From assembly GCA_027010265.1 (NCBI GenBank), contig JALVCE010000074.1:17269-81268 (forward strand): a stretch of DNA of 64,000 nucleotides, written 5' to 3'. Positions 29,689 to 38,351 of this stretch are shown here, one piece after another. Position numbers and translations under genes: made by a program. The first letter of the stretch is position 1. Each line of letters begins with the position of its first letter. The DNA comes from Chromatiales bacterium. Lineage in GTDB: Bacteria; Pseudomonadota; Gammaproteobacteria; SZUA-152. The notes below the pieces were generated by a model. That model was not told the DNA's origin. It saw only the letters and a program-made list of their open reading frames with translations, and made no database searches.

Positions 29689-29740
29689 GGTCATGCTCCA
29701 GAAAAACCTTTTGTTAGTCTCGGCCCGGTAATGCCGTGCG

Positions 29741-30973
29741 TTAGTTGCCCTTGCAGAATGCGGCGGAGTCGGCAAATACCTGTTTCAGTTTGTGGCCATT
29801 GCCCTGAAAGGTATTGATCATGGTGTTGATCTGGTCTCGGTCGCTCTGATCCACAGGGCCACGCAGGCAGACCGCCTTGAAGACTTTCTCCACCTGGCAG
29901 CGGGCGAAGGCGTCGCTGTGCGCCAGTTCCTGCCCCATGGAGGCGGCACCGCTGCCACTGCCCGGCAGGGCTCCATCCCATCCCAGGGCGCTGTTGCTGC
30001 CGGTGCGCCAGTAGTTGTCCCAGTTATCGTTGGGGGTGACAAAACCGTACTCAAAATTGCTGCTGTTTTGCAGGTACTTGGGCTGCACGCTGCCGGGGGT
30101 GTAGACCAGTTGGCCGGCGTCATAATTCGGGTCGCCATTGCCATCCAGCGGATAGCTGTAGTCATAGTAGGCGAAGGCCTGGGTCATGGGGTCCATGCCG
30201 CTATGGCAGCCAACACAAGCGTTCATGAAGATGCGGCTGTCACCACCGGGGCTGCGTGAGACGTCCTGGCGGATACGATCCGGCGGGTAGCTGGGGTCCT
30301 TTACCTGTTCCATGTCCTTGCACAGGTGGTTGAGCATGGTGAAACGGAACATGGCGCGATTGGTGCCGTCCACGAAAAAGGCCTTGGCGGCGGCGCGGCT
30401 GGTGAGCACCCCGGCGGGGGCGGCGAGGCCCGTGGCCGCGGACTGGGTGGTGCGGGTAAGCACGGCCTGCAGGTCGGCGCCCGAGTCTTCCAGCGCCTTG
30501 TAATGGCTGTTACCGGTGGTCAAAACCGCAGCGCTGGGATTGCCCGGGCCGGTATAGAGGACGTCATCGTAAAGGATCTTGCGGAAGTCATCGTCGTCCC
30601 GGATGATACCTATCACCGTGGCAGTGTAGTCATTGAGTGGGGCGAAGACGGTCTGTTCTTCATTGGTCCAGGGAGTGATGAAGTTTTTCAGAGTCACACG
30701 ATAGAAATCGGCGCCGATGCAGGCGTCCGTGCCGCCATCGTTGGTGATGGCGTCCATCGCGGCGCCGGCGGCATCGTTGGCGATGACCTTGGTTTCCAGT
30801 TGATCCAGGCAGGCGGCGCTAGGAGGGGTGCCCACCAGGCGGTCATGAATACGCTTGGCCTGTTCGCGCGTACCCGCCAGGGTGTTGCCGGCGGCCAGCA
30901 CAGACATCACCAGTGCAAGACTGACGCCAGCGGTTCGTTGCGCAAAAGAGAGTGGGGAATGTTGTGTACTCAT
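29741..30973 (-). CDS. Exported mono-haem c-type protein (DUF1585-like C-terminus)
   Basis: Signal peptide; CVGCH; C-terminal GQELAHSDAFARCQVEKVFKAVCLR. Confidence 0.78.
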   Translation of the reverse strand: MSTQHSPLSFAQRTAGVSLALVMSVLAAGNTLAGTREQAKRIHDRLVGTPPSAACLDQLETKVIANDAAGAAMDAITNDGGTDACIGADFYRVTLKNFITPWTNEEQTVFAPLNDYTATVIGIIRDDDDFRKILYDDVLYTGPGNPSAAVLTTGNSHYKALEDSGADLQAVLTRTTQSAATGLAAPAGVLTSRAAAKAFFVDGTNRAMFRFTMLNHLCKDMEQVKDPSYPPDRIRQDVSRSPGGDSRIFMNACVGCHSGMDPMTQAFAYYDYSYPLDGNGDPNYDAGQLVYTPGSVQPKYLQNSSNFEYGFVTPNDNWDNYWRTGSNSALGWDGALPGSGSGAASMGQELAHSDAFARCQVEKVFKAVCLRGPVDQSDRDQINTMINTFQGNGHKLKQVFADSAAFCKGN

Positions 30974-31378
30974 GATGTGCATCCTTAAAACGGGACTGGG
31001 TGAAAACGGCTGGGTGTTCAGGCGTGGCGATGCCGGCGTTGGCGCCGCAGTGCATGAGAAGTGTGTGTAACTGCTTGTTGTGTGTACCGCATGTGTATCT
31101 ACCCCTATTCGTTACCTTCTCGTTACCGACAGTTGCCGTATTGTTGTTAATGGCATGCTTTACTGCTTGTTCTCTATTCTCATTCTCACTTTTTCAGGAC
31201 GCCTTTTTTGTCTGTAGCGGCCCGATGGCGTCTCAATCTGCGCAGAACATCACGTTTTAGCGCTTTGGGCACGGTCTTTTTTCTGCCTGGGCCCCGGCTA
31301 TTCAACGTCAGCTTTTGGGGCGCTGCGCCACGCCTTGTGTGCGTGTCTCACATGCTCCGGGAAAACCGACAGAAACAC

Positions 31379-31394
31379 TGTGATGAGGGTCACA
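31379..31394. promoter_or_regulatory. CRP-type box (perfect match)
   Basis: TGTGA-TGAGGG-TCACA in the ~590-bp non-coding region upstream of the locus B operon. Confidence 0.65.
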
Positions 31395-31568
31395 TCATCA
31401 ACAGGATTTCTCGAAATCGGGAAAAGCCCACAGGGCTTTATTGTTGATATCAATGCAGTTTTTTATCGATTAACAGGCTATTAACGCTTTTGCACGGCAT
31501 CCGGTTCCCTTTGTGTCGAAATTGAGGGTTGTGGGATGATGTGTTCACCACGGCCAGCCGGCCCCTGT

Positions 31569-32726
31569 TCAGTGCCCGGTAGGGATGCCGGCTTTTTGGC
31601 GCAGGGTAGCCAGTTCCATGGCCACGCCCCACTGTCGCTGTTCATCGGCATATTCCAGCAGGGGCAGAAGCTGCTCGAGAATGACGGTCAGATGGGGAGT
31701 CAGTTTTTGCGGATCGCCGCTGGCGAGGATGCGCAGGGCGGCATCGATACTGACGCGTTTTTTGGTAGCGGGCTTGCCGGGCTCGGCGGGGTGCAGGCGT
31801 TGCCCCCCTGCCTCCTGAGCGCTGGCTGCCCGTTGTTCCGCGCGGTTGAGGAATTCCTCGAAATGCGTGCAGTTGTCCAGCCCAGGGTTGCTCAGGCCCA
31901 GGCTGGCGGTGACAGGGATCGCTTGTTCATTGACGATAACGGGTTCAGCAGCGATCTGCCGGAGGATACGCCGGCTCACCATAAAGGCTTCTGCGCCCCC
32001 CAGGGTGGGTGCGATGATGGCGAACTGGCTGGAACCGATGCGCGCCAGGGTATCTTCCTTGCGAATGGTGGCTTGCAGGATGGCCGCCACCGCGGTGAGC
32101 AAGGGATCCAGCACCGCCTCCCCGTATTTGCGAGCCAGTTCAGACGCCTGATCCAGGGCGATCACCAAAACGGAAATATCCTGGCTATGGCGTCTGGCGA
32201 AGGCCAGGTCCTGCTCGCCGCGTTTGAGTAGATAACGCCGGCTGCGCACCCCGGTGAGGGCGTCATCCGTGGCTTGTTCCACCAGGGCCTCGGCGGTTTG
32301 CGCCAGGTCGCGGCTGGTCTGGTCGAAACGGGCCTGGGCACGCACCCGGGCCAGCAGTTGCGCCTTGTCGAAGGGTTTGGTGATAAAGTCCGTGGCCCCC
32401 AGTGCCAGTGCCCGCTGGCGGGCTTCCTCGTCCTCGGCGGCTGTGACCATGTTTACCGGGATCCCGCTGATACGCTCGTCGTCATGGGCGCGGATGCGTT
32501 CGATCAGGGCGTAGCCATCCAGCCGAGGCATGCCGGCGTCGGTTAGCACCACCTGGATGTGTTCATCGGCCAGCAGCGCCTCCCAGCCCGCCTCACCGTC
32601 TTCGGCCTCGATGATCTCGAATTCGTTTTTCAGTACCTTTTTCAGTGATATGCGCACCACGCGGGAGTCGTCGATCACCAGCACCCGGGGCCGGCTGGGG
32701 GCTGAAGGGTTGTCGTGTTGGCTCAT
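31569..32726 (-). CDS. REC plus degenerate GGDEF protein (probable c-di-GMP effector)
   Basis: Intact receiver domain (DD, D, T, K). Active site reads RIGSSQF instead of RxGG[D/E]EF; I-site RKED is retained. Confidence 0.88.
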   Translation of the reverse strand: MSQHDNPSAPSRPRVLVIDDSRVVRISLKKVLKNEFEIIEAEDGEAGWEALLADEHIQVVLTDAGMPRLDGYALIERIRAHDDERISGIPVNMVTAAEDEEARQRALALGATDFITKPFDKAQLLARVRAQARFDQTSRDLAQTAEALVEQATDDALTGVRSRRYLLKRGEQDLAFARRHSQDISVLVIALDQASELARKYGEAVLDPLLTAVAAILQATIRKEDTLARIGSSQFAIIAPTLGGAEAFMVSRRILRQIAAEPVIVNEQAIPVTASLGLSNPGLDNCTHFEEFLNRAEQRAASAQEAGGQRLHPAEPGKPATKKRVSIDAALRILASGDPQKLTPHLTVILEQLLPLLEYADEQRQWGVAMELATLRQKAGIPTGH

Positions 32727-32878
32727 TGTGTCTCCCGCCTGTGGGCTGAAGAGGGGTTTGTGGTCTGTCTTAATTTACCCGGCAATCATCAAGTAGCTCA
32801 GGAGGATCTATTTGATGGCCTGGTTAATAGTAACGGCGGGATGCCGTGGAAATTCAATGGGCTGATGAAGCTGGGTGG

Positions 32879-33670
32879 TCAAAAAATACCGCTGCCGGGT
32901 GGGTTTTGCTCCCGCAGGCGTTGGAATGCCTCTGCAAACGGCACTGGCCACTGCCGGCTCAGTGCCGGCAGGCGCGCCTCTGCTTCCTCGACGGTGAAAG
33001 GATCCTGGAAGCCGAAGACCAGCACGTTGTGATGCTCGGGTACGGAAAGACAGGCGGTGGCATCGGGAAAGGCCTGTCGCAGGCGGCCGAGTTGCTGGGC
33101 AAATTCATCATCGTGGTGGGGGATGAGGTTGACGACAAACACGGCGGTATGGGCAAGCCGCTGATGGCAATGGCTGAGAAAGTTACTGTCTGTGACCCAT
33201 GCAGGGGTGTGTTGACCCTGGGCGATGTCCAGAATGACCAGATCGTAGCGTCCGGGAGTGTGTTCGACGAAGTGCCGGGCATCGCCGAGATGCAAGCGCC
33301 AACGGCTGGCGAGATCCGGGAAGTCAAAAAACTGCCGGGCGATATGGATTACCGCGGCGGATCGTTCCACCGCAACTCCCTTGCAGCCCGGCACGTGGTG
33401 AGCGAAAAACCGGGCCAGTGCACCGCCTCCTGTACCCAGCAGCAGTATGTTGCGGGGCGTGGGAACAAACAGCAGGCCGGCCAAAATGGCCTGATTGTGA
33501 GGAGACACCAGCCGCTCGGGCTGCGCTGGGGCGATGATGCTTTGTATGCCGCCGTCGCCAAAATCCAGCCAGCGCAGGCCGTCGGTCTCGTGCACTTCAA
33601 TAGACAATCCATCGGCAATTTGCCGATGCAAGAGGCTTGTTTTCGTATCCGCACCCATGTTGCGTCCCAC
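32879..33670 (-). CDS. Spermidine-synthase-like SAM-dependent transferase
   Basis: RWLDFGDGGIQS, ILLLGTGGGALARF, LGDARHFV, YDLVILD. Confidence 0.85.
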   Translation of the reverse strand: MGRNMGADTKTSLLHRQIADGLSIEVHETDGLRWLDFGDGGIQSIIAPAQPERLVSPHNQAILAGLLFVPTPRNILLLGTGGGALARFFAHHVPGCKGVAVERSAAVIHIARQFFDFPDLASRWRLHLGDARHFVEHTPGRYDLVILDIAQGQHTPAWVTDSNFLSHCHQRLAHTAVFVVNLIPHHDDEFAQQLGRLRQAFPDATACLSVPEHHNVLVFGFQDPFTVEEAEARLPALSRQWPVPFAEAFQRLREQNPPGSGIF

Positions 33671-33803
33671 ATTTCACAATCCAGGTGAGATTGTGCCGGA
33701 AATACCCCGCCAATGTTGACGTTTTATTCATTTTCTTCCCCGGGAACTCAAGCCAGGGCGGCAGGGTGTCGCTAGTGGGATAGGCGCAACCATTCATCCG
33801 CTG

Positions 33804-33819
33804 CGGCATGAAATTTGCT
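33804..33819 (+). promoter_or_regulatory. Sigma54 promoter upstream of the msh operon
   Basis: CGGCATGAAATTTGCT, GG-N10-GC; close to TGGCACG-N4-TTGCW. Confidence 0.6.
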
Positions 33820-33943
33820 GCATGCCCGTGAGGTGGTGTGCCGGCATGGAAATGACATTTATTTGACGCCAATCAGCCGGTTGGCCACAGAAATTAGAAA
33901 CGGCTTCAGCACGCCGAATAAACGCCGAACCACGAGGACGCCC

Positions 33944-34591
33944 GTGCACGCGAAGATCAACCAGCAGGTCAACTTGTTTCAGCCCATGTTTCGCAAGGAG
34001 CGAAAGCTGCTGTCGTTCAAGGTGTTGGTGCAGGCCTGCGCAGCGGTGTTGGTAGTACTGATGATGATGTTTGGCTGGAGTGTGCAGCAGACCAGCCAGA
34101 TGCGCGTGGATCTGGCGCAGCTGAAGGCCAAGCAGGCGCGCATGTCAGCGCAGCTTACACAGGTGAAAACCCGCCTCGTCGGGATGAAAACCGACACCAC
34201 CCAGCAGCGTGCCCTGGCGGAACTGGAGGCAGAGCTACTGGCTCGGCAAAGGGTGGTGAATGCACTGCATCGCGTGAAAAACAATTTCACCCAGGGTGTA
34301 TCGGCCTATCTGGAAAGTTTTTCCCGCCAGGCTCCCAAGGGTGTGTGGCTCACCGGGTTCACTGTGCAGGCCGGTGGCGAAGGGCTGGTGATCCGTGGCG
34401 GCTCACTGGAGCCGGCGCTGGTGCCGGCCTTTTTGGAAAAATTATCCAGTGAAAGTGCGTTGCGGGGTACCGAATTCGGTCTGTTGCAAATCCAGCGGGA
34501 GGATCCCCGAACCCACTACGTAAATTTCACGGTGTACACCGGCAGTGAACCGCCAGCGCCGAGCAGCTTGCTGGAGGAGACACCGTCATGA
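33944..34591 (+). CDS. mshI: MSHA biogenesis PilN-like protein (C-terminal half of MshI)
   Basis: QQVNLFQP, one TM, coiled coil, GVWLTGF; GAGGA RBS before GTG 33944; first gene of the msh operon. Confidence 0.8.
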   Translation: MHAKINQQVNLFQPMFRKERKLLSFKVLVQACAAVLVVLMMMFGWSVQQTSQMRVDLAQLKAKQARMSAQLTQVKTRLVGMKTDTTQQRALAELEAELLARQRVVNALHRVKNNFTQGVSAYLESFSRQAPKGVWLTGFTVQAGGEGLVIRGGSLEPALVPAFLEKLSSESALRGTEFGLLQIQREDPRTHYVNFTVYTGSEPPAPSSLLEETPS

Positions 34592-35271
34592 AGGAGCGTA
34601 TTTCAGCCTGGGCGGAACGCTTCGAGGCCTTTTCCTTGCGGGAGCGTGTGTTGATTGCGGTGGGAATGATTGCCGTGTTGTTCATGCTCTGGGATGCCCT
34701 ATTACTCAGCCCGCAGGAAATGGAACAACGCAGGATTGTTAACGAGATGCACGGCATCAACCAGGAGACCGCCACGCTGACTGCAGAAATTCAGGCCATG
34801 ACCGCGGCCTTGCAGGGAGGGGAAAGCGCGCACATCAAGACGCGCATGAGCGAGTTACAAACGGAGCTCGGCCGGCTCAAGCAACAGCAGAAGGAACTGA
34901 CCATCGAATTCATTCGACCCGTGCAAATGGCCAGGGTGCTGCGTGACATGTTGCGTGCGGAGGGAGGCCTGCGCCTGGCGAGACTGGAAAGTCTGGGTGT
35001 GGAGCCCCTGTTCCCGGTAGAGGAGGGCAAGCAAACCGACAACGAACAAAAACAGCAGCGCACACGCCGGCCGGAAATATTCAAGCATGGGCTGCGGATT
35101 GTTTTCGAAGGTGATTATTTCAAGACATTGAAATATCTCCGCGCCCTGGAGGCCATGCCATGGCGCTTGTACTGGGACAATGTGGAATACCAAGTGCTGG
35201 AGTATCCCAAGGCGCGGGTGGCCATCACCGTGCATACCCTGAGTCTGGACGAGGGCTGGATCGGTGTTTAG
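34588..35271 (+). CDS. mshJ: MSHA biogenesis protein MshJ
   Basis: SLRERVLI, FKHGLRIVFEGDYFKTLKYLRALEAMPWRLYW, HTLSLDEGWIGV. Confidence 0.88.
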   Translation: MKERISAWAERFEAFSLRERVLIAVGMIAVLFMLWDALLLSPQEMEQRRIVNEMHGINQETATLTAEIQAMTAALQGGESAHIKTRMSELQTELGRLKQQQKELTIEFIRPVQMARVLRDMLRAEGGLRLARLESLGVEPLFPVEEGKQTDNEQKQQRTRRPEIFKHGLRIVFEGDYFKTLKYLRALEAMPWRLYWDNVEYQVLEYPKARVAITVHTLSLDEGWIGV

Positions 35272-35647
35272 GGCGGCCATAAAAAACTGCTGCTGCGCAG
35301 GCCTTGTGGGATTGTTCGCGGTGATGTCTGCGCAGGCAGCGCTGAATGATCCCACCAAGCCACCCACCGCCCATGCCAAGGTGTACGTCAGCAAAAAGAA
35401 AGACAAACGACAGCGATGGGTGCTGAGTTCAACGTTGGTGTCGGCACAACGGCGGACGGCTGTGATCAATGATCGGGTGGTGGCGGTGGGTGACCATGTG
35501 AACGGTGCAAGAGTGGTAAGCATCCAGCCATCGGCGGTTCGCCTGCGCATGGGTCGACGGGAGATTAGCTTGATGATGCTGAAAAAGAAGATCAAAACAT
35601 TGTCTCGGGTGGCGGACTCACTGCCTGTGCAGAGACAAGGGAAATAA
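35264..35647 (+). CDS. mshK: MSHA biogenesis protein MshK
   Basis: LNDPTKPP, LSSTLVS...RTAVINDRVVAVGD. Confidence 0.85.
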   Translation: MFRAAIKNCCCAGLVGLFAVMSAQAALNDPTKPPTAHAKVYVSKKKDKRQRWVLSSTLVSAQRRTAVINDRVVAVGDHVNGARVVSIQPSAVRLRMGRREISLMMLKKKIKTLSRVADSLPVQRQGK

Positions 35648-35649
35648 CC

Positions 35650-37425
35650 ATGAATAAACATAACGGCATAAAGCGGTCATTTTGTCTGGTGGTGGGTGGC
35701 CTGTTGTTATCGGCCTGTGCCGCACATCCACCTCGAGGTGGCAATGTTGCAAATGATATCAACAAGTCATTACAGGAAAGCAGTCGTCAGGCATCCAGTG
35801 CTGCGCCGCTGGAACCACCTGCTGCAGTGAACGCTGCCCTGATGCCACGGCTGAATGTTGAGCTGTCAGGTGTCAGCAAGACGCCCGTGGAACGGCGCTT
35901 CGATATTACCGTGAACCGGGCAAAGGCACGCACCTTTTTCATGAGTCTGGTAAAAGGTACGCCCTACAACATGGTGGCGCACCCGGATATCAAAGGAAGT
36001 ATTTCCCTTGATCTGAAAAATGTGACCATCGATGAAGTAATGGAAACAGTGCGCAACGTGTACGGCTATGACTTCAAACGTACGCGCAATGGTTATGAAG
36101 TATTGCCCGCCAAGCTGCGCTCTAAAATATTTACCATTGATTATCTCAATGTCAAACGTTCGGGCTTGTCCAATGTGCGGGTGAGTTCGGGGCAGGTGTC
36201 ATCGGCGGCCAATAATAATAGCGATAGCAATAACAATAACGATAGTCGCAGTGGTTCGACGGATTCCGCTGACAGCGTCTCAGGCAGTCAGGTCAGTACG
36301 GCGTCCGAGTCAGATTTTTGGGTAGAGTTGACCGCGGCCTTGCAGGCGATCATTGGCATTGAGAATGGGCGGAAGATAATCGTCAATGCACAATCTGGGA
36401 TTGTGGTGGTGCGCGCCATGCCCATGGAATTGCGCGCGGTGGAAAATTATTTGCGCACAACCCAGGGGATTATTGAACGCCAGGTGATCCTTGAAGCAAA
36501 GATTCTCGAAGTGGATCTCAGTGACGGTTTTCAATCTGGTGTTAACTGGTCAGCCCTGGGTAGGGGGAATAATGGTGACAGTATAATCGCCGGCCAGTTC
36601 GGAGGTTCCAGTGTGTTTTCCACGGGTGTGAGCAACCTGGCGGGACAAACCGATGCCCTGAATCCGGGTAATCTTTCTCAACTGCGCTCCGATGTGGCAT
36701 CGGCCTTTGGTGGTATGTTTGCCATGAGTCTGGACATTGGTGATTTTACCGGCTTTTTGGAATTCCTTGAAACCCAGGGTGACGTGCATGTGCTGTCCAG
36801 CCCGCGGGTGTCCACGGTGAACAACCAGAAGGCGGTGATCAAGGTAGGTACGGATGAGTTCTTTGTCACCGATGTAAACACCAATAATAATTTTTCATCG
36901 AGCTCGGCCACATCAAGCCAGTCGGTTAATGTGGAATTAACGCCATTCTTTTCCGGTGTGGCTTTGGATGTGATTCCACAGATCAGTGAGGATGGTGTGG
37001 TTACGTTGCACATTCACCCCTCGGTAAGTGAAGTGAATGAGCGGGTGAAATCAATCACCTTGTCGGCGAGCAGCGAATTGAGTGTACCTCTTGCGCTAAG
37101 CACCATTCGCGAGTCCGACAGTATTGTGCGCGCACGCAGTGGTCAGGTGGTGGTTATCGGTGGACTCATGCAAAACCAGACAAAGGACAGTACTTCGTCC
37201 GTGCCCCTGTTAGGTGACTTGCCTTTGATCGGCGGCCTGTTCCGGCACAAGCAGCAAGCGACCCGCAAGAGTGAGCTGGTAATTCTTTTGCGTCCCATCG
37301 TGGTGGATAACGATAAGACCTGGGTGGACGAAGTGCAAAAGGCAACGCGGAGTTTTGGCAAGATTACGCAGTTGTCCCAGCCGGCCGCGAGCGCTGGATC
37401 CGTGCCAAAACAGGGCGCGAAATAA
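35650..37425 (+). CDS. mshL: MSHA secretin MshL
   Basis: Lipobox LSA|C; RQVILEAKILEV, NNQKAVIKVGTDEFFVT, LTPFFSGVALDVIPQI. Confidence 0.95.
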   Translation: MNKHNGIKRSFCLVVGGLLLSACAAHPPRGGNVANDINKSLQESSRQASSAAPLEPPAAVNAALMPRLNVELSGVSKTPVERRFDITVNRAKARTFFMSLVKGTPYNMVAHPDIKGSISLDLKNVTIDEVMETVRNVYGYDFKRTRNGYEVLPAKLRSKIFTIDYLNVKRSGLSNVRVSSGQVSSAANNNSDSNNNNDSRSGSTDSADSVSGSQVSTASESDFWVELTAALQAIIGIENGRKIIVNAQSGIVVVRAMPMELRAVENYLRTTQGIIERQVILEAKILEVDLSDGFQSGVNWSALGRGNNGDSIIAGQFGGSSVFSTGVSNLAGQTDALNPGNLSQLRSDVASAFGGMFAMSLDIGDFTGFLEFLETQGDVHVLSSPRVSTVNNQKAVIKVGTDEFFVTDVNTNNNFSSSSATSSQSVNVELTPFFSGVALDVIPQISEDGVVTLHIHPSVSEVNERVKSITLSASSELSVPLALSTIRESDSIVRARSGQVVVIGGLMQNQTKDSTSSVPLLGDLPLIGGLFRHKQQATRKSELVILLRPIVVDNDKTWVDEVQKATRSFGKITQLSQPAASAGSVPKQGAK

Positions 37426-37442
37426 ATCAAAGAGGTGACGGT

Positions 37443-38348
37443 ATGTATCTGGAACACTTTGCCATGCGGGACATGCCCTTTGCGATCACGCCTGATACCT
37501 CCTATTTCTACAATTATGGCAGCCACCAGGAAGGGCTGAACGTATTGTTAGTGGCACTGCGTAGTGGTGAGGGTTTTATCAAGGTTAGCGGTGAAGTGGG
37601 TACCGGTAAAACGCTGCTGTGCCGTAAGGTGTTAAATACATTGGATGAGTCGTTTGTAACGGCCTATCTGCCCAATCCCTGTCTGACCCCTGCTGGATTA
37701 CGCATGGCCTTGGCTGATGAGCTGGAGATCAAGTATGCACGTAACATGGGGCAGCACCGTATCCTGAAGTTGATCAATGACAGGTTGATCGAGATAAATA
37801 CGCAGGGTAAGCAGGTGGTGTTGTTTCTGGATGAGGCGCAGGCCTTGCCCGATGACTCCATGGAGGCGCTGCGCCTGCTGACCAATCTGGAAACGGAAAA
37901 AAGCAAATTGTTGCAGGTGGTGCTGTTTGGCCAGCCGGAACTGGATGATCGTTTGGCGCAGAGCAAGCTGCGTCAGTTGCGCCAGCGTATTACCTTTTCT
38001 CAACAATTACAGACCATCGATGCCACGGGCATTGAGGGTTATCTTGCCCATCGTCTGTTGGTGGCGGGGTATCACGGAAAACCCTTGTTCCAGCGCGAGG
38101 CGGCGCTAGGGTTGCATCAGATCAGTGGCGGGGTGCCGCGGATCATCAATGTTCTGGCGCACAAGATGCTGATGGCGGCCTATGGCCAGGGTGCGTCAAC
38201 GGTGACCGTACAGCATTTACAGTTGGCGGCGGATGATACCGAAGGTGTGGCACCCTTGCCGGTGACAAGAATATCCCGGGTGGGGGCCGCTGTGGTGTCC
38301 GCCATGGGTGCGGCGGCAGCGGCGGCTGCCATGAGTCTTGGGGCCTGA
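37443..38348 (+). CDS. mshM: ExeA-family AAA ATPase MshM
   Basis: MYLEHFAM, GEVGTGKTLLCR, DEAQ, LRLLTNLETE. Confidence 0.92.
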   Translation: MYLEHFAMRDMPFAITPDTSYFYNYGSHQEGLNVLLVALRSGEGFIKVSGEVGTGKTLLCRKVLNTLDESFVTAYLPNPCLTPAGLRMALADELEIKYARNMGQHRILKLINDRLIEINTQGKQVVLFLDEAQALPDDSMEALRLLTNLETEKSKLLQVVLFGQPELDDRLAQSKLRQLRQRITFSQQLQTIDATGIEGYLAHRLLVAGYHGKPLFQREAALGLHQISGGVPRIINVLAHKMLMAAYGQGASTVTVQHLQLAADDTEGVAPLPVTRISRVGAAVVSAMGAAAAAAAMSLGA

Positions 38349-38351
38349 ATC

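Noticed and set aside
30983-31568. Possible riboswitch or sRNA in the long leader of locus B
   Set aside because: No c-di-GMP (GEMM) or other recognisable aptamer core was found by eye; only the CRP-type box is supported. An Infernal/Rfam scan would settle it.
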